A stretch of 64,000 bases of DNA from Macrostomum lignano (lineage: Eukaryota): assembly GCA_002269645.1 (NCBI GenBank), contig NIVC01003106.1, positions 55,100 to 119,099 of the forward strand. The letters are read 5' to 3'. Both the position numbers and the translations under genes were made by a program. The notes below the pieces were generated by a model. It saw only the letters and a program-made list of their open reading frames with translations, was not told where the DNA came from and did no database searches. Below, piece by piece: positions 61,401 through 64,000 of the stretch (position 1 is its first letter; each line of letters begins with the position of its first letter).

Positions 61401-63405
61401 AATCTGTGCGCACAATCCGCAGGGCTTTCGCTGAGCAGATGCAGCAAAGTGGCGGCAAAGCCAGTGGCAGTAGCAGCGGCGGCGTTGCCACCAGTCGCCG
61501 TCACCGGATCGGTCCGATTCGTCCTCGTCAGCCGCTCGCGATAAGCAGCGTCGGAGAGCCTCGCCGGAGCTGCAAAAGCAGAAGAAACACACGGAGCAGG
61601 AGCAGCAGCGAAAGCATAGAGACCAGAAGCAAACCTCTTCCTCGTTGCAAAAGAAACGCTCGAGGAATCGTTCTACATCGCCTTCATCTTCTTCTGGGTC
61701 TTCCTCTTCTGACTCGGCCGCCGATAACAGTTCCAGCGCCAGCAGCGACAGAAAGAAGCGGCGCAGTGGGAAAGGCCGCTCAACTGTCGCGGACAAAACC
61801 TCGAAACCTGACCAACAGAGCGCTGCTGACAGCAGAAAGTCAGTCGAGAAAGAATCTTCTTCAACTGAATCTTCCGAGAAAGCTGCTGATCCTGCTGCTG
61901 CTTCCGTCGCCGAGCCAAAAAGCGTCGCGGCCGATGAAGTCGACGCTGATCGCGACAATCGCGACGAAGATCTTCGAGCGCGACTGACTCGACGGCGAGA
62001 TCTTGTCGCCGCTGCGGTGACCGCCAAAGCTCAAGAGGCTACGGAAACTGCCGTTGGGGCGACGGAGGCCGCCGGTGCCGCGTCAACTGATCAGGAAATT
62101 CACGATGCTGACGTGCTGTCAGTGAGCGGCGTGTCTCAGGACAGCTTTGGTAGCAGTCAGGACGATCAGATGACAAAGGCTAGCGACGTTGGGTAAGTGC
62201 TTTCGTTCCTCTAATTAGGATTTTTTCAGATAAGACAAATATTTTAGCGTCAGTTTGACGTTACAGGAGAGATTTTAACGTCAGTTTGACGTCACATGAG
62301 GGACTGTAGTGTCAGTTTGACGTCACAGGATGTATGTATTTTAGCGTCAGGGGTTTAGATATTTAAGGAGTTGTAGCTTATCAGTTAGAGCATCGGACTC
62401 ACGACTTGAAGGTCGGGGGTTCGATTCCCGATCCCAATGGAACAATTTTTGTCCCGGAGCAAGACACTTAACTCTGCATTGTTTCAGTTCACCCAGCTGT
62501 AAAATGGATGCCAGCATTAGCTGGGGTAATTGAGGGTGTGTGTGGTGAACCTCCCCTCCCCCAGTCATTGGACTGAACAGCCGTACGCAGCCTTCAGATG
62601 CGCGCGCAATAGCTGCGACTGAGCTGTCGGTTGCACATCTGGCCTAATTGCCGCAGGTATAGTCAACTATTATTATTTAGCGTCAGTAGGATGTCACAGT
62701 AGGGATTTTGTTCATAAAACATGACCCAAATTTTCGCTAGGCAAGAGGAGGCACCTGACCTCCTTGACGTCCCCTACACGGCTACTTAATTGTACGAGCC
62801 GTAGATGATTTTAAAGCAGCAGTCTCAGATATCAGGGAGGGGGTATATGCAGCTAACAAGTCATACCATAAACACATTCGCTCAGAAGCAGATATGGATA
62901 ATGAGTTGGGTTTAACTAGTGTTTGTTGGAACATCTAGAATTTGTTTTTATTTTCAATTTCAACACTGCAGGCCAGTCGATGACGAGAAAAAATCCGCGG
63001 AAGCTGATGGCCCGCCGAAGAAAAAGTTGCGCAAGAACAAAGACCAAGACGCCGACGAGAACGAGGACAACAAAGACCGTAAGCATAGACGGCATCGTAA
63101 AAAGGAAAAGAAAGCAAAGTCTGAGAAATCCGCCAAGAAGAAATCCAAGAAAGAGAAAAAAGACAAGAAGTCGAAGCGCGACAAAGACCGGTCAAAGTCC
63201 AAATCAAAAGACAAAAAGCATCGCAAAAAGAAGACTACTAAACTGAAAAGTCAGAAGAGGAGGATGCGGCAGTTTCGACTAAAGACACCGCATCTGATGC
63301 GCCGCCTCCGATGCTGCCGCTGCCATCGAGGATGACGCCGTTCCTGATGTTGCCGCCGATCCAAACGCACCTGGCCAATTAACCGCCAATGAGGCCACAG
63401 ACTAA
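55409..63405 (+). CDS. RBBP6: RBBP6/Mpe1-like protein (DWNN ubiquitin-like domain, RING, Pro/Gln-rich, RS-rich, Lys-rich tail); zinc knuckle absent; apparent 3' frameshifts
   Basis: Exons 55409-55574 (MSSTIHYRFKS...YDLKL), 56758-56987 (VFTEEEESVEKGTHVLVVRAP), 57594-57635, 57710-58268 (CPMC...CCGMSFCKAC...CPSC, LVPNKNIREAI), 59192-60200, 61423-62192 and 62972 to ~63405. All donor/acceptor phases match. Confidence 0.9.
56005..56685. repeat. 17-19-bp minisatellite with a variable C-run, RBBP6 intron 1
   Basis: CAAATAGCAAGCAC(C)n units, about 35 copies. Confidence 0.95.
57045..57495. repeat. 31-bp minisatellite x~14, RBBP6 intron 2
   Basis: GAGATTTTGATCTCAGTCTGTAGATTAGGGT units. Confidence 0.95.
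58385..59050. repeat. 21-bp minisatellite containing GGCGCC, RBBP6 intron 4
   Basis: TTCATTTTGGCGCC(ATCCATC/TTCTATT) units. Confidence 0.95.
60230..61378. repeat. 24-bp minisatellite x~47, RBBP6 intron 5
   Basis: CAGACC(C/T)TTCCTGACACTCATAT units. Confidence 0.95.
62367..62675 (+). mobile_element. tRNA-derived CORE-type SINE, copy C
   Basis: GGTTCGATTCCC B-box, GAGCAAGACACTTAACTCTGC core, shared 3' tail; lies in RBBP6 intron 6. Confidence 0.85.
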
Positions 63406-64000
63406 CTTAATTCGAACAATTATTTTCTCGACACTGTAGACAATTATTTAACTAGAACTAACTGTCCAGTAATCCTAAGCCGCAGTCGGCAGATCCTGAT
63501 TGTTCCTCTCTCTAATTATTTTTTTCAGGCCTATTAATCTATCAGTGGTATTTCGCGGCATTTAACTTATTCGGATCTAGCTAAGCTCTCAAATGAACTC
63601 AATCTATGTAATCAAAATCAATCAAATTATTCCGTTTTATTTAACGAAAAGCATTCAGTTTGATATGACGCACTTGCTGAAATATTCTTATTTAAAAATT
63701 ATTTAATCTGTATTCTGCTTGCCTCAGTTCGTGTCCCTCAGTAATATTTTCTGTTCCATCTCTTTCACAGTTATATTAACCTAAATGGGGGTGTGTTATA
63801 AATTCACTAGGAATTTAGGGCAACACTTTTTGCTAATCGCCTGTTGTCCTACTGACTCTGACTTGGCTAAAATAAAGCTCATGTAATCGTTTGTTTAATA
63901 AAATTAAATACACAATTTAAATCAACCGCAGACTCAAGCAGGAGTCTGGTCGTGCTTTTTAAAGGAAAAGTTGCATTATTTAGTAATTGATAGTCAATGT

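Noticed and set aside
31060-63405. Functional cluster Sestrin-FNTB-RBBP6 (mTORC1/Rheb/p53 theme)
   Set aside because: Three broadly connected housekeeping genes can neighbour by chance; I know of no conserved synteny and cannot test it here.
1-64000. Spliced-leader RNA, snRNA, rRNA or hammerhead ribozyme
   Set aside because: No recognisable match; CTGATGA hits (near 3266, 5371 and 29445) lack the paired stems and GAAA core.

Overview
Eukaryotic (animal) genomic DNA with GT-AG introns, polyQ/polyA-rich proteins and minisatellite-filled introns. The style suggests a free-living flatworm such as Macrostomum, but that is inference only. Left part: a full-length but decayed Ty3/Gypsy LTR retrotransposon (563-10350) with a tRNA-Leu PBS, a -1 frameshift site and an unexplained third ORF behind a TATA box. 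Next come a palindromic element, a non-LTR RT remnant, two intronless ankyrin-repeat pseudogenes, a secreted PAN/mucin/ALK-LTK-type glycine-rich protein gene and two orphan ORFs. Right part: three conserved genes, Sestrin (minus, 6 exons), farnesyltransferase beta FNTB (plus, single coding exon) and an RBBP6/DWNN homolog (plus, 7 exons) that lacks the zinc knuckle. It also holds three CORE-type SINE copies, a MULE deletion derivative nested in a second palindrome copy, and about 12 unrelated minisatellites confined to confirmed or predicted introns. All homology calls come from recognising motifs by eye; no database searches were run.
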